DNA of 64,000 nt, from the NCBI RefSeq assembly GCF_036971445.1, contig NC_091470.1:307644001-307708000 (forward strand). Reading direction: 5' to 3'. The stretch is from Narcine bancroftii (Eukaryota). The notes beneath the pieces were generated by a model that worked only from the letters and a program-made list of their open reading frames with translations, was not told the DNA's origin and searched no databases. This document shows positions 51,184 through 62,636 of the stretch, in pieces. Within the stretch, counting starts at the first letter, position 1. Every line of letters starts with the position of its first letter. Made by a program: the position numbers and the translations under genes.

Positions 51184-51287
51184 GTGAGTTTGAGAACAAT
51201 TGGGATATTACGAGGATTGATACTTCAACTAAAGGAGGAAACAAGTTTCTCATACGTCATCTGAAAAAATCAACTCATCTTTCCATG
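51184..51287 (+). CDS. PRKDC: DNA-PKcs exon (104 nt)
   Basis: attAG|GTGAGT...TCCATG|GTagga; SEFENNWDITRIDTSTKGGNKFLIRHLKKSTHLSM; phase matches both neighbours. Confidence 0.9.
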
Positions 51288-51390
51288 GTAGGAGGTTATC
51301 TTTTTAATTTGAGCCAATGCTTTTTAATTGTGAAATATATCCATAACTGAGTATGCTTTGAAATCATTTTTTATATTTTTTGTAAAACAG

Positions 51391-51481
51391 CATGAGGAAT
51401 CACCTCTTGCAACTGTGAGGCGCAGAGTGGTGTGGTTACTTGGATGTCTGGGAGGACAGATCAACCGAAGTCTTGTCACAG
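51391..51481 (+). CDS. PRKDC: DNA-PKcs exon (91 nt)
   Basis: aacAG|CATGAG...GTCACAG|GTaggt; HEESPLATVRRRVVWLLGCLGGQINRSLVT. Confidence 0.95.
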
Positions 51482-51872
51482 GTAGGTGTGAGGACTGTCT
51501 GAGCCTTGCCAATCAAATTGAAAACAGAATAAATAAAATGTGGAAATTAAAGCCAAGCAAATATTGTATAATTTTTTTATTAAAGGATTTACTTCAATGT
51601 TGGCTTAATTTAATATTAATGTTCTGTCAAACTGCAATATTTATACCTCTGCTTAATAAATATATTAATTGTTGTTATTCATGATAAGAAGAAACAGGTT
51701 GACAGGGCAGTATTTCAGCAATGTTTTTTTTCTGGAATTAAAAATCATGAATTATTGGAGATGACTAGTGAAGTTAGAATTGCAGAACAAATAATTATTG
51801 TGATTCTATTAAACAATAAGTCAAATAGTTGGACTGACTTAAAGTGTTATTGATTCAGTTAAACATTTGAGG

Positions 51873-52461
51873 TCTTCTTTCTTCTTTCTTTTTTCTTTGG
51901 CTTGGCTTCGCGGACGAAGATTTATGGAGGGGGTAAAAAGTCCACGTCAGCTGCAGACTCGTTTGTGGCTGACAAGTCCGATGCGGGACAGGCAGACACG
52001 ATTGCAGCGGTTGCAGGGGAAAATTGGTTGGTTGGGGTTGGGTGTTGGGTTTTTCCTCCTTTGCCTTTTGTCAGTGAGGTGGGCTCTGCGGTCTTCTTCA
52101 AAGGAGGTTGCTGCCCGCCAAACTGTGAGGCGCCAAGATGCACGGTTTGAGGCGTTATCAGCCCACTGGCGGTGGTCAATGTGGCAGGCACCAAGAGATT
52201 TCTTTAGGCAGTCCTTGTACCTTTTCTTTGGTGCACCTCTGTCACGGTGGCCAGTGGAGAGCTCGCCATATAACACGATCTTGGGAAGGCGATGGTCCTC
52301 CATTCTGGAGACGTGACCCATCCAGCGCAGCTGGATCTTCAGCAGCATGGACTCGATGCTGTCGACCTCTGCCATCTCGAGTACTTCGACGTTAGGGATG
52401 TAAGCGCTCCAATGGATGTTGAGGATGGAGCGGAGACAACGCTGGTGGAAGCGTTCTAGGA
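51873..52461 (-). mobile_element. 5'-truncated RTE LINE (third copy)
   Basis: Intact C-terminus ...NPNQPIFPCNRCNRVCLSRIGLVSHKRVCS*; (AAGA)n tail. Confidence 0.93.
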
Positions 52462-53033
52462 TCTTGATAATAATTGCCTACTTCTGTGATTTGTAATGAA
52501 GAAGAAATATGCCCCTGTGGTCCTTGTGAACTGAAAGTGACCGAATGCTGATTGCTAGCCAAAGTGAGGAAGGAAATATTAATGAGAGACTACACTTCAT
52601 AAATTTACCATTGAAATGTCTGCCCCTGTTTTAATGGGAAATGCTGATTGATTCTCAGTGTTCCATTAAAGTTTGTTTTAAGTAAATAGCATCATACTGT
52701 TATTTCACTGCATCTCATAAGGGTTCTTGACCTGTGTGTGTACATTCTATGATAGAACCATTTTATTGCTACAGGATATCTCTGGGAGGGAGGTTAGTCA
52801 CTGGTCCCTTACATATAAGCATGTGAGAAAATTAGCTACCAGTTGAGCTTGCTCTACAAATTTGGTTCTGTGTTCATGATTAAAGATGAAATTCTCCATT
52901 TTTATCTTCACTACTCATCTTTTTTGTTCTGTCTTGTGTGTGTAACTTTTGGTGTACCATCTATTGTTGTTTAGTCATTTATGATAAAGCTTTGAATCAA
53001 ATTAATTAAAACGCCCATCTGATTATTGGAGAG

Positions 53034-54730
53034 TCTGGCGACCCATGGCAGCAGCGATTGAGCTGGTGCTCCAGGCGCCGACTGCAACCAAAGACCAGCA
53101 GACCGCGCAGCGGCACTGGCTCCAACAAGCGAACCGATGGGTGAACAGCAAGGGCAGCTTAAAGCCCAGTGACCCCAAAATGGTGTTGGCCTTGCTGTGC
53201 AGCTACAGGAACAGCATGTGGAGAAGAAGGGCATTGTTAAGGAGGAAGCCCACTTTTCTTATGCATGTTGTGACATCAGCCAAGGGGGGGGGGGGGGGGG
53301 CACAGCTGGAACAGTGCAAGTATAAAAGTCGGACCTGAGCCCTAATATAACTCAGAGCTTTACTTGACTACACTACATGCGTGTCTTCTTTCGAGTAGCG
53401 CGCTGCTACAGTTGGTGACCCTGACAGTTTAGACGGCATCTAAACCCAGTGAATAGGCAGCAGTAACACGGTCACTCTCATGCTGCCGACCTTCTGGACA
53501 AATCGACGACACGTGTGGTTTGACCAGGTTGAGGCACATTTCCAGATCCGGCAGATCGCAGCAGAATCCACCCGGTACTACCATGTGGTGAGCTCCCTGG
53601 AACAGGACACAGCAGGCCGGGTGGCCAACTTCATCTAGGAGCCCCCATTGGAAGGCGCGTATACTTCCTTCAAGGACACTGATCGAGACCTTCGGGCTCT
53701 CACAGAGTGAGAGAGGGGCATGTCTGCACCACCTTATGGGCTAGGGGATAGGCCCCTGTCAGCCCTCATGAACGAGATGCTGGCCCTCCTGGGCAAACAT
53801 GAGCCCTGCAATATGTTTGAGCAAGCATTCCTGGAGCAACTGCAGCACCCCAGGGGAGGTAATCCAGACGACCAGTGGTGTTTCTACCACCAGAGATGGG
53901 GTGCCAGAGCCCACTGGGAAACGCTGGGACCAGCCATCACTAATGGCCACGACTGCTGGCCACCAAGACAGCCTCTTGTATGTTTGGGACTGCCAGTCCG
54001 GATGACGCTTCCTCGTGAACACAGGAGCAGAGTTCAGCATCCTGCCCCCATCGGGACAGGACACCAAGAACAGGCAGTCAGGCCCCCACGCCGAGGGCTG
54101 CTAACAACAGCATGATTCGGACCTACGGTATCTGCAAGGTCCAACTGCAGTTGGGAAGCAGCCTCTTCTCATGGGTGTTCACGGGAGCTGCAGTGGAACA
54201 CCTGCTCTTTGCAACAGGCTTCCTGTGCTCCCACAGCCTGCTAGTGGACCTCTAGGGAATGAGATTGGTCCAAGCCAAGACTTTTCAAACCATCAAAGAC
54301 GCCAGGCTCCCAGCACTCCACCTGGACTCCGTACAGAGATTGGACAATGAGTACGCCAGAGTCCTGACCTAGTTCCCTGCGGTGCTCACCCCCCAATTCA
54401 CCACAGTGATGCCCTGTCATGGAGTACAGCACCACATCCTGACCTAAGCTGCTCCACCCAAGGGCAAAACACCTTACTTTGGAGAACCTCCAGCTGGCGA
54501 AGGAGGAATTCAGGGAGCTGGAGGAGCTCGGCATCGTACAGCGGTCAGACAGTCAATGGGGTTCTCCCCTGCACATGGTACCCAAAGCAACTGGGGGCTG
54601 AAGACCATGCGGTGACTACTGCCGGCTCAATGAGGCCACAACACCGGATTGGTACACCGTGCTGCACATCCAGGACTTCACGGCTAACATGCACGGGACA
54701 AGGATCTTCAAGATGGACCTCATGCAGGGA
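53034..54730 (+). mobile_element. CsRn1-like Gypsy 5' half (LTR 53034-53410, PBS, gag, protease, start of RT), truncated by L1
   Basis: LTR ends gctaCA, then gt-TGGTGACCC (tRNA-Trp-type PBS); gag LPTFW..WFDQVEAHFQIRQI..TRYYHVV; RT PLHMVPK..RPCGDY.RLN..KMDL. Confidence 0.88.
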
Positions 54731-57700
54731 TATTGAAGGCTGAATATAAGAGTAGGATTTTGTCTGATCATTCTTTATTATTAATAACATGTACTGGTTC
54801 AGAGAGAATTGATAATACCCATCGATTGAGATTTAATTCTTTGTTATTGAAAAATGTAGAATTTTGTAATTTTATGAGATCAAATACAGTTCTTTTTGAG
54901 AATAAATGTGGATTCAGTTAACAGTAAATTTGTTTTATGGACTGCTTAAAAAGCATATTTGAGGTGACAAATTATTAGTTTTACTGCTAAAATTAAGAAA
55001 ACATATAGCTGATGTAACTAAATTAGAGAAGGAGATAGAGATATTAGAAAAAGATTTACAGCAAAATTCAATGGAAATTAAGAAAATGTGTTTAACTAAT
55101 ATGAAGTTACGATATAATTCCTTACAAACATCAATTTGAGTAGTTACTACAGAGAACTAGACAAAGATATTAAGAATTAGGTGAAAGAGCTCATAAAGTA
55201 TTAGCTTGGCAGTTAAAAACAGAACAAGTTTCTAGAACAATAAATGTTATAATGGATAAATCAATGATTGCAAATAAACCTCAGGAAATTAATGATGTAT
55301 TTAGAAATTTTATGAAAAATTATATACTTTTGAAGTAGTGGAGGATGAGGTTAAAATTGATAATTTTTAAAATCTGATCTGGATTTACCCTTTTTGAGTG
55401 GTAAGGATATTAAAGATTTAGGTGCTTCTTTTACTGCTAAAGAAGTAATAGATGCATGTGGCGGCCCGCAATTGCGGAGATCGGGCTGGCACATCGCACA
55501 GCAGCAGACGCGGTCAGAGATTGCTGAAGCGACTCCCAGGACAATGAACCGGCAGGGGTAGAAGCTGGGGCAGCATCAGACCAACAACCCTAAAATGGCA
55601 TTGGTCAAACTGCCCAGCTAACTCAGCAGAAACAGCCTGGGGAAGAAGGGAATTCATATGCATGGATGTTCCCACCCCCTATTGTTATTCATATGTCTGA
55701 CTCAGTCATTCAGTAAAAACAGTGTGAGCTTGAACAGTATAAAAGCAGCCTTTCCAGTCCTAATAAATGGGTGAGCTTAACCTGCCACACTGCGTATTGG
55801 TCGGCTACATGGACTTTGATCCATGCCAAATGGGAAGTCTCCATGGGATGATGGCTTTACTTGTGAATTTTATAAAAATTTTCAGGATTTATTGATTCCA
55901 TTATTGATGGCGACAAAAGTTCACTCTTTTCCGGATTCTTTTGCTCAAACAATTATTAGTTATTCTTAAGAAAGATAGGTACCCATTGAAAGCTGTGTCT
56001 TATAGACCAATTTTATTATTAAATTTTGATTATAAAATTGGAGCAAAGGTTCTAGTTAATAGGTTGGCTAAATATTTACCAGAAATTAATTTAGATCAGG
56101 CGGGTTTTATTAAAAATCATTATTCGGCAGATAATATTGTGAAGTTGAATTCTTTAATAAGCACTTTTTGGAAAGATCCAACCTACCAATGGTTATTTAT
56201 TGGATGCAGAAAAGGCCTTTGATAGAGTAGAGTGGAGTTTTTTTATTTAAAGTTTTAGAGAAATTTAAATTTGGCCCTTTTTTAATAGGTTGGATTAAGG
56301 CTTTCTATAGAAGCCCCACTGCTAGAGTTGTGATAAATGGACAGTTATCTTCACCTTTTATGTTGACTAGACAAGACTATCCTTTGTCACCAGCTCTATT
56401 TGCATTAGTTATTGAACTTTGCCTCAGATGATTAGACTAGATATTAATATTAAAGGTATTAAGGTGAAATCTGATGAATTTGAAATTAATTTTTTTGCAG
56501 CTTATGTTTTGATATATTTAACAGAACCTCAGAATTCTTTGAGGTGTTTACAGGACAGATTGGAACAGTATGGTGAGATATCAGGTTATAAAATTAATTG
56601 GGAAATGAGTGAGATTATTCTTTTTGTAGTCGTATTGTGAAATTCAAATGGTCAGATCAAATTAAGTATTTAGGTGTTAAGGTAGATTGTAATTATAGTT
56701 ATATATATGAATTAAATTATTTGTCATTATTGTCTAAAATTAAACATGATTTGAATTGATGAAAAGATTTACTGATTATATTAATTGGAAGAGTTGATTG
56801 TATTAAAATGAATATTTTTCCTTGAATTCAGTATTTTTTTTCAATCTATTGCTTGTAAGATTCCTCAAATTTTTTTTTTAAGGATTTAAATGCTTTGTTG
56901 AGGAAATTTTTGTGGAAGGATAAAATGTTAAGGGTATATTTCCAAAAATTAACTTGGAAATATGAATTAGGAGGTTTGCAACTCCCTAATTTTCAAAATT
57001 ATTATGATGCAGCACAATTGAAATTTATTAATAGGATGTTTGAAACAGATAAACTCTTGATACCGGCTTATTTTGAATTATCTCAAATTGATGAGAAAAT
57101 GATGGATCAGTTTATTTATAGATGGAATACTAAGTTATTGAGTAATTATAATTTGCCTGTTAAAAAACATTTAATGAACATATAAAAAAATAAAGTTATT
57201 GGTACCCAAGGTAAGATTTCAGGTAAAACTCCTTTGTATCAAAATAGAATTTCCCCCTTTACACTTAAAATCAGCTTTTGAAATTATGGGATTGAAAGGG
57301 TATTAAATTGGTGCAAGATTGTTATGAAGCAGGATATTTTATTTCTTTTCAAGAATGAAAGAGAAATATGATACATCAAATACTCATTTTTCTTATTATC
57401 AAATTAAAGCTTGATTGTTGGATAATTTTGGACATACTTTACAGTTACCTAGATGGTCTAAGTTTGAAATTTTACTTACTGAGGGTGATAAGAAGGGATT
57501 TCTAACTGAGATGTATGCTTTATTACAGAATAAAATGCCTAAATTGAATTTACATAAATCTAGATTGAAATGGGAGAAAAATTTAGGTATATGTATTTCT
57601 CAGGATGACTTGATGAATTTATGTAGGGATAGTATGACTAAAATTGTAAATGTAAGGTATCAATTAGTTCATTATAATTTAATTCATCAATTATATTTAT

Positions 57701-58391
57701 CTCCTGAAAAATTAAGGAGATATAATTTTATTTATTCAGATTTATGTTTTAGATGTCATGAGGATGAAAGTTCTTTTTTACATTCTACTTGGTCATGTGA
57801 AACAGTAAAATCTTTTTGGAATAGACTCAAGGAATTTTCAGAAGTTATTCTAAAAGTGAAATTTTCATTAGACCCTTTTGTATTTTTGTTGGGTAATATT
57901 AAGAGGTTGAGTTTAGAATTAAGATTAAATAGATTTCAAATTGCATTTTTGAGATTGGCATTAGCTGTAGCTAGAAAATGTTTGGCAATTACTTGGAAAA
58001 ATTAAACTGATTTGAGTATTCAGAGATGACATACAGAATTGAGGACGTATTCTATTGGAGAAGATAATACATAATTTGTGTGTAATTCTTTTCAAATTGG
58101 AAAACTTGGAGCCCCTATTTGGATTATATGGGGTTGAATTTTAAATCCTTCTGCCGCAGTGTTACTCCAAACCATGGGAATTAGTTGATGAATTTTGTTG
58201 ATATGGGTGATCTCCTTTTTTCTTCCTTTTGGGGTAGGTTAGAGGGGGTGGGTTATGGAAGGGGGTGGAGGGTTGTAGGGGGTTAGTTTTAAAATATCAT
58301 GCATGTATTGTTTTTGAATTGTTTCTGTTTTATTCATTAATTATATGTTTCAAAATATGTATAATGATTTAATAAATAAAATTTAAAAAAA
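54731..58391 (+). mobile_element. 5'-truncated degenerate L1-clade LINE
   Basis: EYKSRILSDHS, SYRPILLLNFDYKI, LDAEKAFDRVEW, CFRC..FLHSTWSC, LAVARKCLAITWK; AATAAA + poly(A). Confidence 0.9.
55457..55809 (+). mobile_element. Solo LTR (CsRn1-like) nested in L1, TSD TGCA/TGGA
   Basis: TGTGGCGGCCCGC...GGCTACA; removal restores L1 frame EVIDAL.SMPNGKSP. Confidence 0.85.
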
Positions 58392-58579
58392 TAGATAAGT
58401 CCAATGCAAACTTTCCAACTGATTATTTAATTCAATTGCAGTTCATTTTTTTCTGTAACATTTTATCTTTAAATATATTGAACAATCAACAACCATACAA
58501 AATATACAACGTTAAGAAAACCCACCCTTCCACCCTCTCCCCCTGTGTCAGTCCAATTAAACAGAGAAAAAAATATCCC

Positions 58580-61466
58580 GGGGGGTGTGGCAAGATGGCG
58601 CAACTCTTTGGTGTTGTTTTGTCTTTAAATGCCCATTAAAATCTTTTCAAGGTTAGATATAGTTAGAGCTGTTAAACTAGTTTCCAATGGTACAATTGTT
58701 GAAAAAAAAGCAAGAAAAAAACGGCAACAGATTGTTAAGAAATTACATTTTCTGAAGATATCAGAGCCTACTTGTTTACAAGAAGCCAGGACTCAACGTG
58801 GAATGGATTCAGGAGGAGAAGCACAGGAATCAGCAGCGGAGCTCTGTTTTCTGCCGGTAGGGCTCTCTAAAAATGGCACCCGGCAGCCCTTCGAACAAAG
58901 GGCTAGCCAGGTGCATGTATTTCAGTCAATGCCCGCTATGAGCGCTGTCACAGAGCCTTTGACAGCTGAAACAGCTGGGAAGCTGCCAGCTGAAGGCTTG
59001 CAGTTAAAGGGACGTCCACTGACTGATGTAGTGGTGGCGCTGCGAAGTGCACCACCTGAAATGAAGATTCCTATAGACCTCGATGTGTCGGAGATGCTTG
59101 ACAGAATATGGCTTGGGGATAACCCTCGCCATCAACCTCCAAATATTACTGGGGAGGTTATGGCGGGGGTTTCTACACGAAGTCACACTACAAGGAAAGC
59201 AGTTAAATTAAGGGAGGGAATACAAGACCTTTTGGCTATTCAGAAACAACTGGACCCTACTGTGTCTGAATCTACTTCAGTGGATAAGTTTCTTAAGAAT
59301 CTTGAATCTAAGTTAACTGCTATATTGAAAGAATTTGTTAAAGCTTTAGATCAACTTGATACTAAACTTACTACCTTGGTGGATATTAATGCTCAACAGA
59401 TGGCTGATTATGGAGCTTTTAAGCTTAAAACGAGTGAAAGACTTGATTTTTGTGACCAAGGTTTAGTTGAGGTACAAGATCAATTACAAGGTGTCAATAA
59501 AACAGTTGAAACTTTACAAATTCAGAATAAAAATTTAATGAAAAGGGTTGATTATTTGGAGAATCAATCCAGACGGAATAACATAAAAATTGTTGGTTTA
59601 CCAGAAGATATGGAAGGATCAGATCCAAGAAAATTCTTTACTGAGCGGATTCCACAAGTATTAGGAGAAGATAAGTTCCCGGAAGGCTTAATACTGGAAC
59701 GTGCACATAGACCTTTGAGAAGAAAGCCTTCTTTTGGACAAAAGCCACGACCTGTTTTGGTTCGTTGTTTAAATTATTATGATAGAGAGACAATTTTGCA
59801 TGTGGCCATAAGAAGTGCACAACAAAGAAGATTTCCTTTGATGGTTCAGAATAATCGTGTTTTTTTAAATCCGGATTTGAGTCAAGAAGTTATGGCTCAA
59901 CGACGTGAATTTAATTCTGTGAAAGAAGTGTTGTGGAAAAAAGGTTATAAAGCAACATTTAGATATCCTGCGGTACTGAAGATTTTTCAAGATGGTTACC
60001 AATCAAAATTTTTTGATGATCCTAAGGAAGCTATGGATTTTGCTCAATCGTTACCAATTATACAATTTCAGGAAAGACGTAGTCCTCCACGGTCTCCAAA
60101 GAGAGTGGAGATACAAGATGGGAATTGAATTCCAAGGAGAAATGGAAATAATGGTGGTCGAAGTGATAAAGTTGATTAAAAAATGCTAAAAATAAATTTT
60201 TTTTTCTCTCTTTGAGAAAATTTTAAATAATGATGATAGTTTATGTGAAACGTGAGTTGGGAGAGGGAGCTGGGTGGGCACTATTTTCCAGAAGTCATCA
60301 GCTACGTGTGAGTTATCTCACACCCGATATTGTGTGGGAGTTACCGCAATGAGCGGTTGACCCAGGAGGAGGTAGCAGTTGCCTCCTGCCTGGTTTTTTT
60401 TTCTTATTAATTTTTGGATTGAGGAGTGAAGGTTTTTTTTATTATTTTTAATTTTTTTAAATATTTTTTTTGTAGTTTTAGGAGGGGATAAGGGGAGGGA
60501 ATTTTTTTTTCTTTTCTTTTTTTTGTGTGTTCTTTTAAGTAATGTTTAAATTTAAATTTTTTTTTTAATACTTAAGGTTTTAATTTATTAAGTATAAGAA
60601 AGTATTTGCTTGTTTAAAAAATTAAAAGTTGATGTGATTTTTTTGTAAAGTTTATTTAGTAGATAAGGAATATTTGAAATTTAAATCTGAATGGGATGGA
60701 TAAGCTTTTTATTTTATATTTAACTTCAAGGTGAAACGAGTGGTAATTCTGGTGTAAATTATTTTATTATCTTAGTTACAGAACGAAGGGAACAATGGTG
60801 AAAGTTATAAATTGAATTGTACAATTCTTAATAAGGCTTGAATTTTGTTTGTTGTTTATGCTTCATTTGTTGAGGATATAGTTTTTGTTGTAGATGTGTT
60901 TTTATTATTTGGATATGTGAATTTTAAAGTAATGATTGGGGATATTTAAATGTGGTATTGGAGCTTTTATTGGATAAGTATTCAAGAGCAAAAGGGAAAA
61001 ATGGTGGAAGAGTACTAAAATTGAATTGTATAATGCTTAATGAGGTTTGGATTTTGTTTTAAGATGGTGGTTTATGTGACTAATATGATGATAGATGTGA
61101 AGTTAGTTGATATTTGGTGAAGATTTATTTTTATAGAGAATGTTTTTTTTATCTTTTTTTCTCATGCTACAATTCTTTTTTAAGAATTGATTATTGTTTA
61201 ATGTTTTTGTTTTTTTGTAAGTGGGTTTTTTTCTCTTACATATATTACTAATCATTAATCCTTCACTCTTTATTGTGGGGGGGAGAAGGAGGGGGGGTTG
61301 GATTAATTTGAGTCGGTTTATTAATGTTGTGTAATAATTATTGGGGGGGTAATAGTTTGTTTAGATTACTGATGTTGTATTGTAATTTCATTATTTCATT
61401 TTTAAATTTTTTATGTAATCTTATATCTTATCATGTTATAAAATCTTAAATAAAGTTTAAAAAAAA
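58580..61466 (+). mobile_element. ORF1-only non-autonomous L1 derivative (HAL1-like), 15-bp TSD AGAAAAAAATATCCC
   Basis: Starts ggggggtgtggcaagatggcg; intact ORF1; vestigial endonuclease, no RT; AATAAA + poly(A); TSD 58565-58579 and 61467-61481. Confidence 0.92.
58629..60128 (+). CDS. L1-type ORF1p (coiled coil + RRM + CTD), uninterrupted 499 aa
   Basis: LENQSRRNNIKIVGLPE, LERAHRPL, PRPVLVR, PDLSQE, FRYPAVLKI; true start codon uncertain. Confidence 0.88.
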   Translation: MPIKIFSRLDIVRAVKLVSNGTIVEKKARKKRQQIVKKLHFLKISEPTCLQEARTQRGMDSGGEAQESAAELCFLPVGLSKNGTRQPFEQRASQVHVFQSMPAMSAVTEPLTAETAGKLPAEGLQLKGRPLTDVVVALRSAPPEMKIPIDLDVSEMLDRIWLGDNPRHQPPNITGEVMAGVSTRSHTTRKAVKLREGIQDLLAIQKQLDPTVSESTSVDKFLKNLESKLTAILKEFVKALDQLDTKLTTLVDINAQQMADYGAFKLKTSERLDFCDQGLVEVQDQLQGVNKTVETLQIQNKNLMKRVDYLENQSRRNNIKIVGLPEDMEGSDPRKFFTERIPQVLGEDKFPEGLILERAHRPLRRKPSFGQKPRPVLVRCLNYYDRETILHVAIRSAQQRRFPLMVQNNRVFLNPDLSQEVMAQRREFNSVKEVLWKKGYKATFRYPAVLKIFQDGYQSKFFDDPKEAMDFAQSLPIIQFQERRSPPRSPKRVEIQDGN

Positions 61467-62176
61467 AGAAAAAAATATCCCATTGTCAGTGTGCATAGTA
61501 AAACACATCGACATGATAGTTCCACAGTGTTATAATCTTTACTGAGATCTATTGGCTAGACAGTAGCAATTGTACCCAATGGTGCCGCCAGTGAGGTACG
61601 TATATGTTCTAAATAAGGCTGCCAGAATTTTAGAAAAGTGTTATATCCCCTCCTAAGACTGTTTGTGACCTTTTTAAGTGGAATGTGGGTGTTCATTTCT
61701 GAAGACCACCTATCAATGAGGGAATCAGATTTCCATGTTACTGCTATACATTTCCTGGCCACACATTAGGCAATTTCTGTGAATTTAGTTTGGAAATTAG
61801 TTGGCAATTTACCAACACTAATAAAGTTCCCCAAAAGACAAAACGATGAATCTACTGGGAAGTGACTCCTGTCACCATAGTTAGGATGTCACAAAGGTCA
61901 TACCAGAAGAGACTCACCTTTGAACAGAGTCAGGTGGAATGTTAGAAGGAACCAACCTCTGTATCACACATCTCTAATTGCAATTACATGTTATTAAATG
62001 TCATTTGGGTGCTTTCTTTTGCAGGAAAATGTTAAGTGTAATTATTGAAGCCCTGATTGATAGATCTTGTTTTTTTACTTGCATTATGGACTTTGCTGTT
62101 TTCTATTTTCATTCAAAATCACTAACAAAAATATGGTATTGCATGAATACTTGGGCATTCTCCTTTGATTCAACAG

Positions 62177-62340
62177 CTGTGTCTTTTGAGGAAATGATGA
62201 AGAAATGTGTTGCTTGGGTAGCGGAGAAGGCATTGAGTTTCGCAGTACCATTTGCAGATATGAAACCTGTCATTTATTTGGATTCATTCCTACCACGCAT
62301 CTCTGAGCTTGCACTTGCTGCCAGTGATCGACAAACTAAG
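62177..62340 (+). CDS. PRKDC: DNA-PKcs exon (164 nt)
   Basis: aacAG|CTGTG...ACTAAG|GTgaac; [14 protein letters not shown]...[17 protein letters not shown]...ASDRQTK. Confidence 0.96.
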
Positions 62341-62489
62341 GTGAACTACCCTTCTCATCATCCACTTTGAATATCTTATATTTTTGGGTAGTCATTCTAT
62401 TTTTTGGTAATGTTTTATATAATTGCAAAAATGTTTTCCATTGTTTTTAAATATTACAATATTATGTTATGCATTATAAATCCTGCCAG

Positions 62490-62636
62490 GTTGCAGCTTG
62501 TGAACTGTTGCATAGTGTGGTTGCTTATATGCTGGGGAAAGGATCCCAAATCTCTGAAGGTCAACAAGAAACTATGTACCAGCTGAACAGACGTGTGTAT
62601 CCAGTCTTACTCCGTCTTGGTTGTGATTTGGATAAG
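62490..62636 (+). CDS. PRKDC: DNA-PKcs exon (147 nt; ~human exon 25)
   Basis: gccAG|GTTGCA...GATAAG|GTaaaa; VAACELLHSVVAYMLGK...YPVLLRLGCDLDK. Confidence 0.96.

Larger units (their letters stand above)
58445..61975 (-). mobile_element. Older antisense L1 3' end split by the HAL1-like element (58445-58579 + 61482-~61975)
   Basis: Minus strand ARKCIAVTWKSD..FLKFWQPYL; poly-T on + at 58446. Confidence 0.8.
2307..62636 (+). other. PRKDC: PRKDC (DNA-PKcs) gene, partial: span of 19 internal coding exons; gene continues beyond both window edges
   Basis: Spliced exons give one stop-free 774-codon frame with DNA-PKcs N-HEAT motifs ([61 protein letters not shown]). All introns are GT-AG and phases are compatible. 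Confidence 0.98.
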
